A DNA stretch of 15,463 bases from Fidelibacterota bacterium (GTDB taxonomy: Bacteria > Fidelibacterota > Fidelibacteria > Fidelibacterales > Fidelibacteraceae): contig JAYEOX010000079.1 of the NCBI GenBank assembly GCA_034723415.1, positions 1 through 15,463 of the forward strand. Direction: 5' to 3'. Made by a program: the position numbers and the translations under genes. Positions 1 through 8,423 of this stretch are shown here, piece by piece. How positions within the stretch are numbered: the stretch's first letter is position 1; every line of letters starts with the position of its first letter. The notes beneath the pieces were generated by a model that was not told the origin of the DNA, ran no database searches, and was given only the letters and a program-made list of their open reading frames with translations.

Positions 1-446
1 AAACATTTTCTTGGTTCGCTTTTGTTAGTTCTTTATTCGTCGCAAAAACATTTTCTTGGTTCGCTTTTGTTAGTTCTTTATTCGTCGCAAAAACATTTTC
101 TTGGTTCGCTTTTGTTTGTTCTTTATTCGTCGCAAAAACATTTTCTTGGTTCGCTTTTGTTTGTTCTTTATTCGTCGCAAAAAACATTTTCTTGGTTCGC
201 TTTTGTTAGTTCTTTATTCGTCGTAAAAACATTTCTTGGTTCGCTTTTGTTAGTTCTTTATTCGTTGCAAAAACATTTCCTTGGTTCGCTTTTGTTAGTT
301 TTTGTTCGTTGCAAAAACATTTCCTTGGTTCGCTTTTGTTAGTTTTTGTTCGTCGCAAAAACATTTTCTCGGTTCGCTTTTGTTAGTTTTTGTTCGTTGC
401 AAAAACATTTCCTTGGTTTGCTTTTGTTAGTTTTTGTTCGTTGCAA
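1..446. repeat. Tandem array of 10 units of 44-46 bp, truncated at window start
   Basis: Unit AAACATTTTCTTGGTTCGCTTTTGTTAGTTCTTTATTCGTCGCAA starts at 1, 46, 91, 136, 181, 227, 271, 315, 359, 403; lengths 45,45,45,45,46,44,44,44,44,44; no unique spacers. Confidence 0.97.
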
Positions 447-485
447 AATTTTTCAATTCCTTTATCCCTCAATCTCCAGGTCTCG

Positions 486-514
486 CAGTCACACAGTCAC
501 ACAGTCACACAGTC
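486..514. repeat. 8-bp microsatellite (CAGTCACA)x3 plus CAGTC
   Basis: Exact copies at 486, 494, 502; partial at 510. Confidence 0.9.
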
Positions 515-521
515 TCTTTTC

Positions 522-547
522 CTTTGCGTCTTAGCGCCTTAGCGAGA
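522..547. repeat. Degenerate 8-mer triplet CTTTGCGT-CTTAGCGC-CTTAGCGA
   Basis: Three consecutive CTT(T/A)GCG octamers just downstream of the USP stop codon. Confidence 0.7.
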
Positions 548-555
548 AAATCTTC

Positions 556-1029
556 CTACGGCATCTTAAAGGAGTGATTCGGATGTCTAACTGTCAGAAC
601 GGGAATTGGCGATTTCTTTACCACTTTTGAAGCTGTAGTACCAAAAATAATTTCAGATAATCCTGAAGTTCCGTGAGTTGCCATCACGATCAGATCAAAT
701 TTTCCCTTTTTTGCGAAGTTAATAATTTCGCTGAATGGTTTGCCATAACAGATTTCATAATTTACCTTTAGTTTTGCAGGAATTTTCTCTTTTAAAATAG
801 TTTCAAATTCCTTTTTAGCAAATTCCGTAGCTTTTTTCTCAATATCATTAATGTTATAGCCAACTCCATAACTTTCCCATGAATAGTCAATAGGAGCAAT
901 GATCGGTTCAATTACATGAATTAGAGTTAAATTTGCAGAATATTTTTTTGTTAGATCAATAGCATGATCTAATGGATACAGGGAATAATCGGAAAAATCA
1001 GTTGTAAATAAGATCTTATTTATTTTCAT
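556..1029 (-). CDS. uspA: Universal stress protein (UspA family)
   Basis: N-terminal KILFTTDFS, LIHV, and C-terminal DLIVMATHG-x9-GTTA...KSPIPVLTV Usp motif; GGAGG RBS upstream (cctcc at 1034-1038). Confidence 0.93.
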   Translation of the reverse strand: MKINKILFTTDFSDYSLYPLDHAIDLTKKYSANLTLIHVIEPIIAPIDYSWESYGVGYNINDIEKKATEFAKKEFETILKEKIPAKLKVNYEICYGKPFSEIINFAKKGKFDLIVMATHGTSGLSEIIFGTTASKVVKKSPIPVLTVRHPNHSFKMP

Positions 1030-1064
1030 AATACCTCCGAATAATTTGTAAAATTAATTTACTT

Positions 1065-1108
1065 AAACTTCCGAAGTTTAGATTTGTTATTTTTAACTTC
1101 GGAAGTTT
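1065..1108. repeat. REP-like inverted repeat / possible stem-loop between vorA and usp
   Basis: AAACTTCCGAAGTT (1065-1078) and its exact reverse complement AACTTCGGAAGTTT (1095-1108), 16-nt loop; a sister element lies at 12798-12829. Confidence 0.8.
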
Positions 1109-1118
1109 TATGTATTAT

Positions 1119-2561
1119 TCATTTCTTATGTTTTTTACCGAATTCAAATCCTTTGTGAAGTGCATTCATATTAAGTTCGTCAAATTTTTTCTTATTAATT
1201 ATGTGCTTAACTCCCCATTCGATATATTTCTTATCAAAATATCCGGTTATTTCTGCATAGAGAGCAAATAGAACCATATTTGCTGCTTTTGTTGAACCAA
1301 GTTTGTCTGCAATTTCAGTTGCTTCTATTGGATAAACATTCACATCGTTCCTTTTCGGAGGAGTGTCAATTAATCCACTATCGTAAATTATATTACCACC
1401 TTTTACAACATCATCTTCAAATTTTTCTAACGATGGTTTGTTAAGTGCAATTAGCGTTGTTGGATTATCAACAATAGGAGCGCCAATACGATTGTCTGAT
1501 ATTTTAACACTGCAATTTGCCGTTCCACCTCTCATTTCCGGTCCGTAACTTGGCAACCAGCTTACTTCATAATTATGTCCCATACCTATATTTGCTAATA
1601 CATAACCTAAACTTAAAACTCCCTGTCCGCCAAATCCGGCAATTTTTATCTCTTCAGAAATATTTTGAATTTCAGGAGTTTTCGGAACATCAGGTAAATT
1701 ATTTAGACTTTGAATATCAAGCAATTTATGAAAGTCACTGTATTTCGGTGTTTCTCTTTTTATAATTGTCGGCTCTCTCTCTTCGCTTACATCTTTTTTA
1801 ACACCAACCGGGAAATATTTTTCCATAACATTTTCAATCCATTCTGTGGAATCGTGTGGAGTTTTTTTCCATCCGGTTGGACAAGCAGATAGAACTTCAA
1901 TAAATGAAAATCCTTTATTGTCTATCTGATTTTTCAATGCTTTTCTAACTGCTTTTCTTGCCTTAGTTATATTTTTTGGATCTGTTAGCATTACTCTTTC
2001 TATATATACCGGCGCTTCTAATGTTGCAAGAATTTCGCTCATTTTCAAAGGATAACCTTCGTTTTGAACAGTTCTACCTCTTGGTGTAGTTGTACTTTTT
2101 TGACCAATTAATGTTGTTGGTGCCATCTGCCCGCCTGTCATTCCATAAGTTGCATTATTGACAAAAAATACGGTAATATTTTCGCCTCTGTTCGCAGCTT
2201 GTAGAATATTATTTCCGCCTATTGAAGCCAAATCGCCATCACCTTGATAAGAGATAACTATTGAATCTGGGTTTGCTCTTTTATATCCCGTTCCAACAGC
2301 AGGATTTCTTCCATGAGCTGATTGAATATTACCATTTTGAAAATAATAGTAAGCAAACACAGAACATCCAACAGGACTTAACAAAACCGCTTTATCATCA
2401 ACACCAAAGTCAACTAATGCTTCGGCAATTAATTTATGTAAAATTCCGTGACCACAACCCGGACAATAATGAGTTACCTTTAATTCTTCACCGGCTTTTC
2501 TTTCAAATGTATCATAAAATATTGATGATTTTTGTAATATTGTAGATTGAATGTCTTTCAT
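1119..2561 (-). CDS. vorA: 2-oxoacid:ferredoxin oxidoreductase, fused beta (TPP-binding) + gamma subunit, VorA type
   Basis: [21 protein letters not shown] motif GDGD...NN, YGMTGGQ, ACPTGW; then gamma domain [28 protein letters not shown]. The 480-aa fusion matches VorA architecture. Confidence 0.9.
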   Translation of the reverse strand: MKDIQSTILQKSSIFYDTFERKAGEELKVTHYCPGCGHGILHKLIAEALVDFGVDDKAVLLSPVGCSVFAYYYFQNGNIQSAHGRNPAVGTGYKRANPDSIVISYQGDGDLASIGGNNILQAANRGENITVFFVNNATYGMTGGQMAPTTLIGQKSTTTPRGRTVQNEGYPLKMSEILATLEAPVYIERVMLTDPKNITKARKAVRKALKNQIDNKGFSFIEVLSACPTGWKKTPHDSTEWIENVMEKYFPVGVKKDVSEEREPTIIKRETPKYSDFHKLLDIQSLNNLPDVPKTPEIQNISEEIKIAGFGGQGVLSLGYVLANIGMGHNYEVSWLPSYGPEMRGGTANCSVKISDNRIGAPIVDNPTTLIALNKPSLEKFEDDVVKGGNIIYDSGLIDTPPKRNDVNVYPIEATEIADKLGSTKAANMVLFALYAEITGYFDKKYIEWGVKHIINKKKFDELNMNALHKGFEFGKKHKK

Positions 2562-3613
2562 ACTTCACCTCGCTTTTTTATATGATTGATAATTTCTTGA
2601 ACTGTCGGAATATTTCCTCCCATGCGATTGTAAAAAGTTACAGGTTTTCTTCCATTTACAACTAATTTTACATCATCAACCATCTGCCCATTACTCATTT
2701 CAATTACATTGAAACTCTTTACATTTTTTTTACTTGCATATTTATCAATTATCTTTTTTGGAAATGGGAATAATGTAATAGGACGAACCATACCTGCTTT
2801 TATTCCAATATCCCTTAATTTGTCAACTACTGTTTGGATTACTCGACTAACTATACCGAAACCAACAACTATTACATCCGCATCATCAGTTTTATATTCT
2901 TCACACATAACTTCATTCTCTTCTATTTCAGCATATTTCTTTTGCAAATGAATATTATGTTTTTCCAGATCATCGGGGGCAAGATCAATCGAACAGATTA
3001 AATTATCCTTTGTCTCTTTTGTAGCTTTTATTGCCCATGGTTTTTCGGGAAATTCTTTTACAGGTTCCGGAAATTCTACAGGTTCCATCATTTGTCCTGT
3101 AAATCCATCAGCTAAAACTACTGCAGGATTACGATATTTATCAGCTAACTCAAATGCTTTCATGGTAAAATCATTCATTTCTTGTGCATTGTTTGGTGCT
3201 AAAACAATTAATTTATAATTTCCATGTCCGCCACCTTTTACAATTTGATTATAATCAGCTTGTGAAGGAGCAATATTTCCTAAACCCGGTCCACCTCTCA
3301 TAACATCAATAATAACACAAGGCAATTCCGATCCGGCTAAATATGAAATTCCTTCCATTTTTAAACTTATTCCCGGGCCGGAACTCGCTGTCATTGTTCT
3401 TACTCCTGCACTTGCTGCTCCATAAACCATATTAATTGCGGCAACTTCACTTTCTGCTTGTAAAAAACTGCTACCAACTAATGGAAAATAGAATGCTGCA
3501 GTTTCAGCTACTTCGCTGGCAGGAGTAATTGGATAACCAAAAAAGTTTTTACAACCGGCAAGTGCTGCACCTCTAATAATTGCTTCATTTCCTTTTATCA
3601 ACATTTTTGACAT
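2558..3613 (-). CDS. vorB: 2-oxoacid:ferredoxin oxidoreductase alpha subunit (2-oxoisovalerate type, VorB)
   Basis: [63 protein letters not shown]; 4-bp overlap with vorA. Confidence 0.92.
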   Translation of the reverse strand: MSKMLIKGNEAIIRGAALAGCKNFFGYPITPASEVAETAAFYFPLVGSSFLQAESEVAAINMVYGAASAGVRTMTASSGPGISLKMEGISYLAGSELPCVIIDVMRGGPGLGNIAPSQADYNQIVKGGGHGNYKLIVLAPNNAQEMNDFTMKAFELADKYRNPAVVLADGFTGQMMEPVEFPEPVKEFPEKPWAIKATKETKDNLICSIDLAPDDLEKHNIHLQKKYAEIEENEVMCEEYKTDDADVIVVGFGIVSRVIQTVVDKLRDIGIKAGMVRPITLFPFPKKIIDKYASKKNVKSFNVIEMSNGQMVDDVKLVVNGRKPVTFYNRMGGNIPTVQEIINHIKKRGEV

Positions 3614-3620
3614 AATAACC

Positions 3621-3956
3621 TCACTTTATTTCATTTAAACATTTTGTGCAAATATTTACTTTTGGATTCTTTGCAGATGGAAAAACCTTTTGCTCTTTTT
3701 TACAAACAGGACAATATTGTGTCTCTTTAATATCATCCCATTTTTTAAAAACCGTGATTGTCCCTAATTCCGGACAAGCATAGAAACAAAATCCACAACC
3801 AATGCATCCTTCACCTTTGTAAACCGCATAATGATATCCCATTCGATTTAAAGATTCTGAAAGTGATAAAACATTCACCGGGCAAGCATGAACACAAAGT
3901 TCGCATCCTTTGCATTCATCTTTTTTGATTACAACATGACCATTTGCTTTTGCCAT
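3621..3956 (-). CDS. 2x[4Fe-4S] ferredoxin-like delta subunit (VorC/D) with a C-terminal CxxC...CxxC extension
   Basis: [12 protein letters not shown] and [12 protein letters not shown]; tail CPVC-x17-CTKC. Start moved from 3980 to ATG 3956 because AAGGAGA (3967-3961) precedes it. Confidence 0.88.
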   Translation of the reverse strand: MAKANGHVVIKKDECKGCELCVHACPVNVLSLSESLNRMGYHYAVYKGEGCIGCGFCFYACPELGTITVFKKWDDIKETQYCPVCKKEQKVFPSAKNPKVNICTKCLNEIK

Positions 3957-3976
3957 AAATTCTCCTTTTTTTATTG

Positions 3977-6094
3977 TCATACATTCTTATTTTTATCAAA
4001 TTTTTTTGGTGGAAATGGTGCTTTTGAAATTCCTAATCTCAATTGGCAGGTCAAACATCTGTTTGCTTCACTTCTTGCTACGGATTCTTCAAAATTTAGT
4101 TCCACTTCTTTATAATTATGTTCTCTATCTTTTAATGGTATTGTTTTTACCGGTTTTCTCTTCCTGTCAGCAAATTTCATGTCTCTACCAAGGGAAATGT
4201 TTGGTTCATCTTTTTCAACAAAATTTTGATCAATATTGCCATCTCCGCCAAGATATTTATCAATAGATTTTGCCCCGATTCTACCATAATTTATTGCATC
4301 AATTACAGATGCAGGTCCGCTGACAACATCACCACCTGCAAATATTCCATCTTTATTTGTTAATAGATTATCATCTGTTTGAATATTGTTCCATTTATCT
4401 AATTCTAATCCGTATTCTTTAGGGACTTCTGATTTTTGTCCGATAGCCATAACAAGTTTATCCAATTCCCAAGTGTATTCACTTCCTTCAATTGGAATGG
4501 GTCTTTTTCTACCACTTGAATCCGGTTCACCTAATTTCATTTTTATACATTTTACATCTAATTTATCTTCTTTTTTACTGTCTTTAATTTCTATTGGATT
4601 ATTTAGAAATTTGAAATTTACTCCTTCATTCATCGCCTCTTTAATTTCTTCATCTGTTGCCGGCATCTGCTCACGAGAACGGCGGTATATTACAGTTGTG
4701 TCAATTCCCTCTCTTAATAAACAACGAGCAACATCCATCGCAACATTTCCGCCGCCAACTATGCCAACTTTTTTTCCAATATCAATTTTTTCATCATTAT
4801 TTATCTTAGCCAATAGTGAAAGTCCGTCTAAAACATTTTTGTGATCAACTCCGGGAACTCGCATTTTCATCACTCCGGAAGTTCCAATTGCAATATAAAC
4901 GGCATCAAAATCTTTTTTCAATAATTTGTCAGGATATGTTATTCTTGAATTTGTCTCAATTTTTACACCAATATTTTCAATTTCTTTAATTTCGTTATCA
5001 AGAATTCTTCTTGGTAATCTATATTTTGGAATTGCGGTTCGCATCATTCCACCGGCTTTTTCATCTGCTTCAAAAATTGTTACAGAATGACCCTTTGTTC
5101 TTAAAAACCAACCGGCAGTTAAACCGGCAGGGCCACTTCCAATTATCGCAACTTTCTTATTTGTATCAGCAGTAATTTTTAATTTATCTTTCCATCTGCC
5201 ATTATCTTTTTCGGCAACGAATCTCTTTAATGCTCTTATTGAAATTGGATCAGTTACATCATTTCTTTTACACTCTGTCTCACATGGATGAAAACAAACT
5301 CTACCAAGAACTTCCACTAACGGAGAAATCTCTTTATTTACTTCATAAGCATCTTGATACTTCCCTTCGGCAATTAATCTGACATAATAAGCTGCATTTG
5401 TTCCTGCCGGACAGGATCCCTTACATGGTACTAAAGTTTTTTCTCTTTCAACTTCATTATCTTCATCAAACTGTCGAGATAGGACATCTGTCAAAGCACC
5501 GGAAGGGCAGACCTCAACACAAGCGAGACAAAATTTACAACCTGATTCTGCAAGTGGTTTATCTTCGGCAGTTGCAATAACTGAATCTATTCCTCTATTT
5601 GCAAAACCAATCACTCCGGTTTCTCTAACTTCTTGACAGATATTTACACATCGACCACAAAGAATACATTTATTCATATCTCGAACAATCAATGGTTCAT
5701 TATCTAAAACTGGCAAGTTCTTTTCTTGTGGAGCATAATTTGATAATATTTTTTTCACTCCGATATAGTCAACTACTTTTTTTAATTGAGAGTTTGGAGG
5801 AATATCTTTTGGTAATTCACTCAAGGTAAGCCAAATCAAATTTTTCCGATGATTCTGCAACTTTTCTGTTTTTGTTTTAACTTTCATTCCATCTAAAATT
5901 ACTGTATTACAAGCTGTAGAAACACCTTGTCTTCCTTCGATTTCTACAATACAAAGTCGGCAAGATGTTTCCTTTTTTAAATCAGGATGATAACATAAGT
6001 TTGGAATATAAATATCATTTTCGAGGGCAACTTCAAGAATTGTTTGATTCTTTTTTGCGGTTATTTTTTTATTATCAATTGTTAAATTTATCAT
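3977..6094 (-). CDS. Fe-S flavoprotein: HydA/NuoG-like N-terminus ([2Fe-2S] + 2x[4Fe-4S]) fused to a GltD/NfnB-like FAD/NAD(P)H domain; probable A subunit of a HydABC-type transhydrogenase
   Basis: IPNLC...SCRLC...[14 protein letters not shown] and [31 protein letters not shown]; two Rossmann motifs ([14 protein letters not shown]) with YRR; FAGGD...GP; C-terminal EANRCLTC. No H-cluster or molybdopterin domain. Confidence 0.88.
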   Translation of the reverse strand: MINLTIDNKKITAKKNQTILEVALENDIYIPNLCYHPDLKKETSCRLCIVEIEGRQGVSTACNTVILDGMKVKTKTEKLQNHRKNLIWLTLSELPKDIPPNSQLKKVVDYIGVKKILSNYAPQEKNLPVLDNEPLIVRDMNKCILCGRCVNICQEVRETGVIGFANRGIDSVIATAEDKPLAESGCKFCLACVEVCPSGALTDVLSRQFDEDNEVEREKTLVPCKGSCPAGTNAAYYVRLIAEGKYQDAYEVNKEISPLVEVLGRVCFHPCETECKRNDVTDPISIRALKRFVAEKDNGRWKDKLKITADTNKKVAIIGSGPAGLTAGWFLRTKGHSVTIFEADEKAGGMMRTAIPKYRLPRRILDNEIKEIENIGVKIETNSRITYPDKLLKKDFDAVYIAIGTSGVMKMRVPGVDHKNVLDGLSLLAKINNDEKIDIGKKVGIVGGGNVAMDVARCLLREGIDTTVIYRRSREQMPATDEEIKEAMNEGVNFKFLNNPIEIKDSKKEDKLDVKCIKMKLGEPDSSGRKRPIPIEGSEYTWELDKLVMAIGQKSEVPKEYGLELDKWNNIQTDDNLLTNKDGIFAGGDVVSGPASVIDAINYGRIGAKSIDKYLGGDGNIDQNFVEKDEPNISLGRDMKFADRKRKPVKTIPLKDREHNYKEVELNFEESVARSEANRCLTCQLRLGISKAPFPPKKFDKNKNV

Positions 6095-6109
6095 TTTTTC
6101 CTAATATTT

Positions 6110-7858
6110 TTATATAATTGCATCAAAATTACAAGCTTCATAACAGGCTTTACATTTTATACATTTATCTTTATTAATATAAGCAACTTCACCTTTTTTC
6201 CATTCGAGTGCATCCGTCGGACAAGCTTTGAAACATAATCCACATTTTGTACATTTGTCCGGAACCACAGTAAATTGAAGTAATTCTTCACACACTTTTG
6301 CTCTACATTTTTTCTCTTCAATATGTTCTTGATACTCTTCGGGAAAATATTTTATCGTTGTCAGAACCGGATTCGGAGCCGTCTGCCCTAAACCACAAAG
6401 TGAAGTCTCTTGAATAGTTGGTGACATCTCTTTCAAAAAATCTAAATCTTCTTGAGTTCCTTTTCCATCAGAAATTTTTTCTAATGTTTCAAGCATTCTT
6501 TTTAAACCAACTCTACAAGGTACACATTTTCCACAAGATTCTGCAACTGTAAAATTTAAAAAATACTTCGCAATATCAATCATACAGGTATCTTCATCCA
6601 TAATAATCATTCCACCTGATCCCATGATCGCACCGGTTTTATTAATTGATTCAAAATCAATCGGTGTTTCAATCAAACTCTCAGGTAAACATCCACCTGA
6701 TGGACCACCGAGTTGCACAGCTTTAAATTTCTTTCTCTTATTCTTTAATCCGCCACCCGGCCCATAAATCAATTCTTTAATCGTAGTTCCCATTGGCACT
6801 TCAACAAGTCCTGTGTTTTTTATTTTTCCGGCTAATGCAAATACTTTCGTTCCTGAGCTGTTTTTGGTTCCTTTTGAAGCAAACCATTTTGATCCGTTTG
6901 TAATAATGTGTCTAATATTTGCAAGCGTTTCTACATTATTAATGATAGTAGGATAGCCCCAAAGTCCTTTGTTAGCTGGAAATGGAGGTCTTGGTTTGGG
7001 ACGACCGCGGCGGCCTTCGATAGATGCAATAAGAGCTGTCTCTTCACCACAGACAAATGCACCGGCTCCGGCTTTTATTTTTAAATTAAATGAAAAATCT
7101 GTTCCGAGAATATTCTCTCCGATAAAACCTTTCTCTTTTGCCTGTTTAATAGCAATATTTAATCGCTTAATTGCAAGCGGATATTCGGCACGACAATAAA
7201 TATATCCGTTATTTGCGCCGATCGTATATCCTGCAATTATCATTCCTTCCAATATAGCATGCGGATCGCTTTCGAGAACACTTCTATCCATAAATGCACC
7301 CGGATCACCTTCATCAGCATTACAGATAATATATTTTGTATCACTCTCAGCTTTTTTCCCAAATCCCCATTTTATTCCTGTTGGGAATCCACCTCCACCG
7401 CGACCTTTCAATCCCGAATCAGTAACTTCATCTAAAACTTCTTCTCTCGACATTTTAAATGCTTTTTGAAGTGCTTTATATCCATCTTGTTCCAAGTAAG
7501 AATCAATTTTTTCCGGATCAATTATTCCACAATTTTTTAAGACGATTCTCTCTTGATCTTTGAAAAAATTTTCATAATTTTTATCGGCAAGCCGCTTTTT
7601 GTATAATTCATTATTTATTATATGAGATTTTACTATATTAGTTACATCTTTCGGTTTCACATTTATATAAGTTGTCTCTTTTGAATCTATAATCTCTACA
7701 ATTACGTCAACAAATAATCCCTTATCACCCGTTTTAATGATTTCATATTTGTCCGAAAGTTTGTTTTTTTCCAATTCCGATTGAAAAATATCCGCTACTT
7801 CATCCGCTCCGGCAGATAATCCACTTGTTCCTACACATATTAATATTTTATTTTTCAT
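6110..7858 (-). CDS. nuoF: NuoF/HydB-like FMN/NADH-binding subunit with N-terminal thioredoxin-like and C-terminal 2x[4Fe-4S] domains
   Basis: GLKGRGGGGFPTG, CNADEGDPGAFMDR, GAGAFVCGEETAL, GGPSGGC, ESCGKCVPCR...LCGLG; C-terminal CTKCGLCFKACP / CIKCKACYEAC. HydB-like length; no other complex I genes nearby. Confidence 0.93.
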   Translation of the reverse strand: MKNKILICVGTSGLSAGADEVADIFQSELEKNKLSDKYEIIKTGDKGLFVDVIVEIIDSKETTYINVKPKDVTNIVKSHIINNELYKKRLADKNYENFFKDQERIVLKNCGIIDPEKIDSYLEQDGYKALQKAFKMSREEVLDEVTDSGLKGRGGGGFPTGIKWGFGKKAESDTKYIICNADEGDPGAFMDRSVLESDPHAILEGMIIAGYTIGANNGYIYCRAEYPLAIKRLNIAIKQAKEKGFIGENILGTDFSFNLKIKAGAGAFVCGEETALIASIEGRRGRPKPRPPFPANKGLWGYPTIINNVETLANIRHIITNGSKWFASKGTKNSSGTKVFALAGKIKNTGLVEVPMGTTIKELIYGPGGGLKNKRKKFKAVQLGGPSGGCLPESLIETPIDFESINKTGAIMGSGGMIIMDEDTCMIDIAKYFLNFTVAESCGKCVPCRVGLKRMLETLEKISDGKGTQEDLDFLKEMSPTIQETSLCGLGQTAPNPVLTTIKYFPEEYQEHIEEKKCRAKVCEELLQFTVVPDKCTKCGLCFKACPTDALEWKKGEVAYINKDKCIKCKACYEACNFDAII

Positions 7859-8321
7859 TTGTTTTTCTATAATTGTTTAATATATCATCTATTTCTTTTA
7901 ATTTTACCTTGCCGTAGAATTTTTCATCCACTGCGACTACCGGAGCAATTCCACAAGCACCGAGACAAGCAACTCGTTCAAGCGAAAACAATCCGTCTTC
8001 AGTTGTCTCACCATCTTCTATGCCTAATTTATTAGAAAAATTATCCAATAATACTTTCCCGCCCATAACATGACATGCTGTTCCTTGGCAAACTCTGATT
8101 ATATGTTTTCCCGGAGGATTTAAATGAAATTGACTGTAAAATGTCAGAACTCCATAAATTTCTACCGGAAATATTGACAATTCTTCAGCTATCAGGTAAA
8201 TAGATTCCTTCGGAACATATCCATATTCAGTTTGTACATCTTGTAGCAGAGGGATTAATGCACTTTTTTCTTTCCCATTTTCAGTTATTAGTGATTTTGT
8301 TTTTGAAATAATTTCGGTCAT
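7848..8321 (-). CDS. nuoE: NuoE/HydC-like [2Fe-2S] subunit
   Basis: LIPLLQ.VQ..YGY, TFYSQF, CQGTAC...CLGAC; overlaps the nuoF-like start by 11 bp. Confidence 0.93.
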   Translation of the reverse strand: MTEIISKTKSLITENGKEKSALIPLLQDVQTEYGYVPKESIYLIAEELSIFPVEIYGVLTFYSQFHLNPPGKHIIRVCQGTACHVMGGKVLLDNFSNKLGIEDGETTEDGLFSLERVACLGACGIAPVVAVDEKFYGKVKLKEIDDILNNYRKTNEK

Positions 8322-8423
8322 ATTACTCTTTTACCTTTTATCGAATAATTATTATTTAACTTGTTTCATAAATTTTAATATGGTGTATCAATTAATATTA
8401 TTCAATTTTCCCATCATTTTATT

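Noticed and set aside
1..446. CRISPR array
   Set aside because: Units abut with no unique spacers, and there are no cas genes in the window.
22..534. Plus-strand ORFs 22..342 and 346..534
   Set aside because: Translations of the tandem repeat; they change register with unit length and have no RBS or family motifs.
1517..7199. Short plus-strand ORFs (1517, 1710, 2261, 2709, 3888, 4006, 4386, 5398, 6969)
   Set aside because: Antisense shadows of well-supported minus-strand genes.
7700..7858. Selenocysteine or recoding to explain the missing cysteines
   Set aside because: The positions are ordinary Gly, Asp and Phe codons with no in-frame TGA; TGA acts as a normal stop elsewhere (1119, 3621).
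3977..8321. [FeFe]-hydrogenase, formate dehydrogenase, complex I or glutamate synthase
   Set aside because: No H-cluster motifs (TSCCP, MPC..KK.E, EVMACPGGC), no molybdopterin domain, no membrane Nuo subunits and no gltB in the window.
8361..8378. Rex operator upstream of the redox operon
   Set aside because: TTGTTTCATAAATTTTAA matches TTGT(G/T)AA-n4-TT(C/A)ACAA too poorly.
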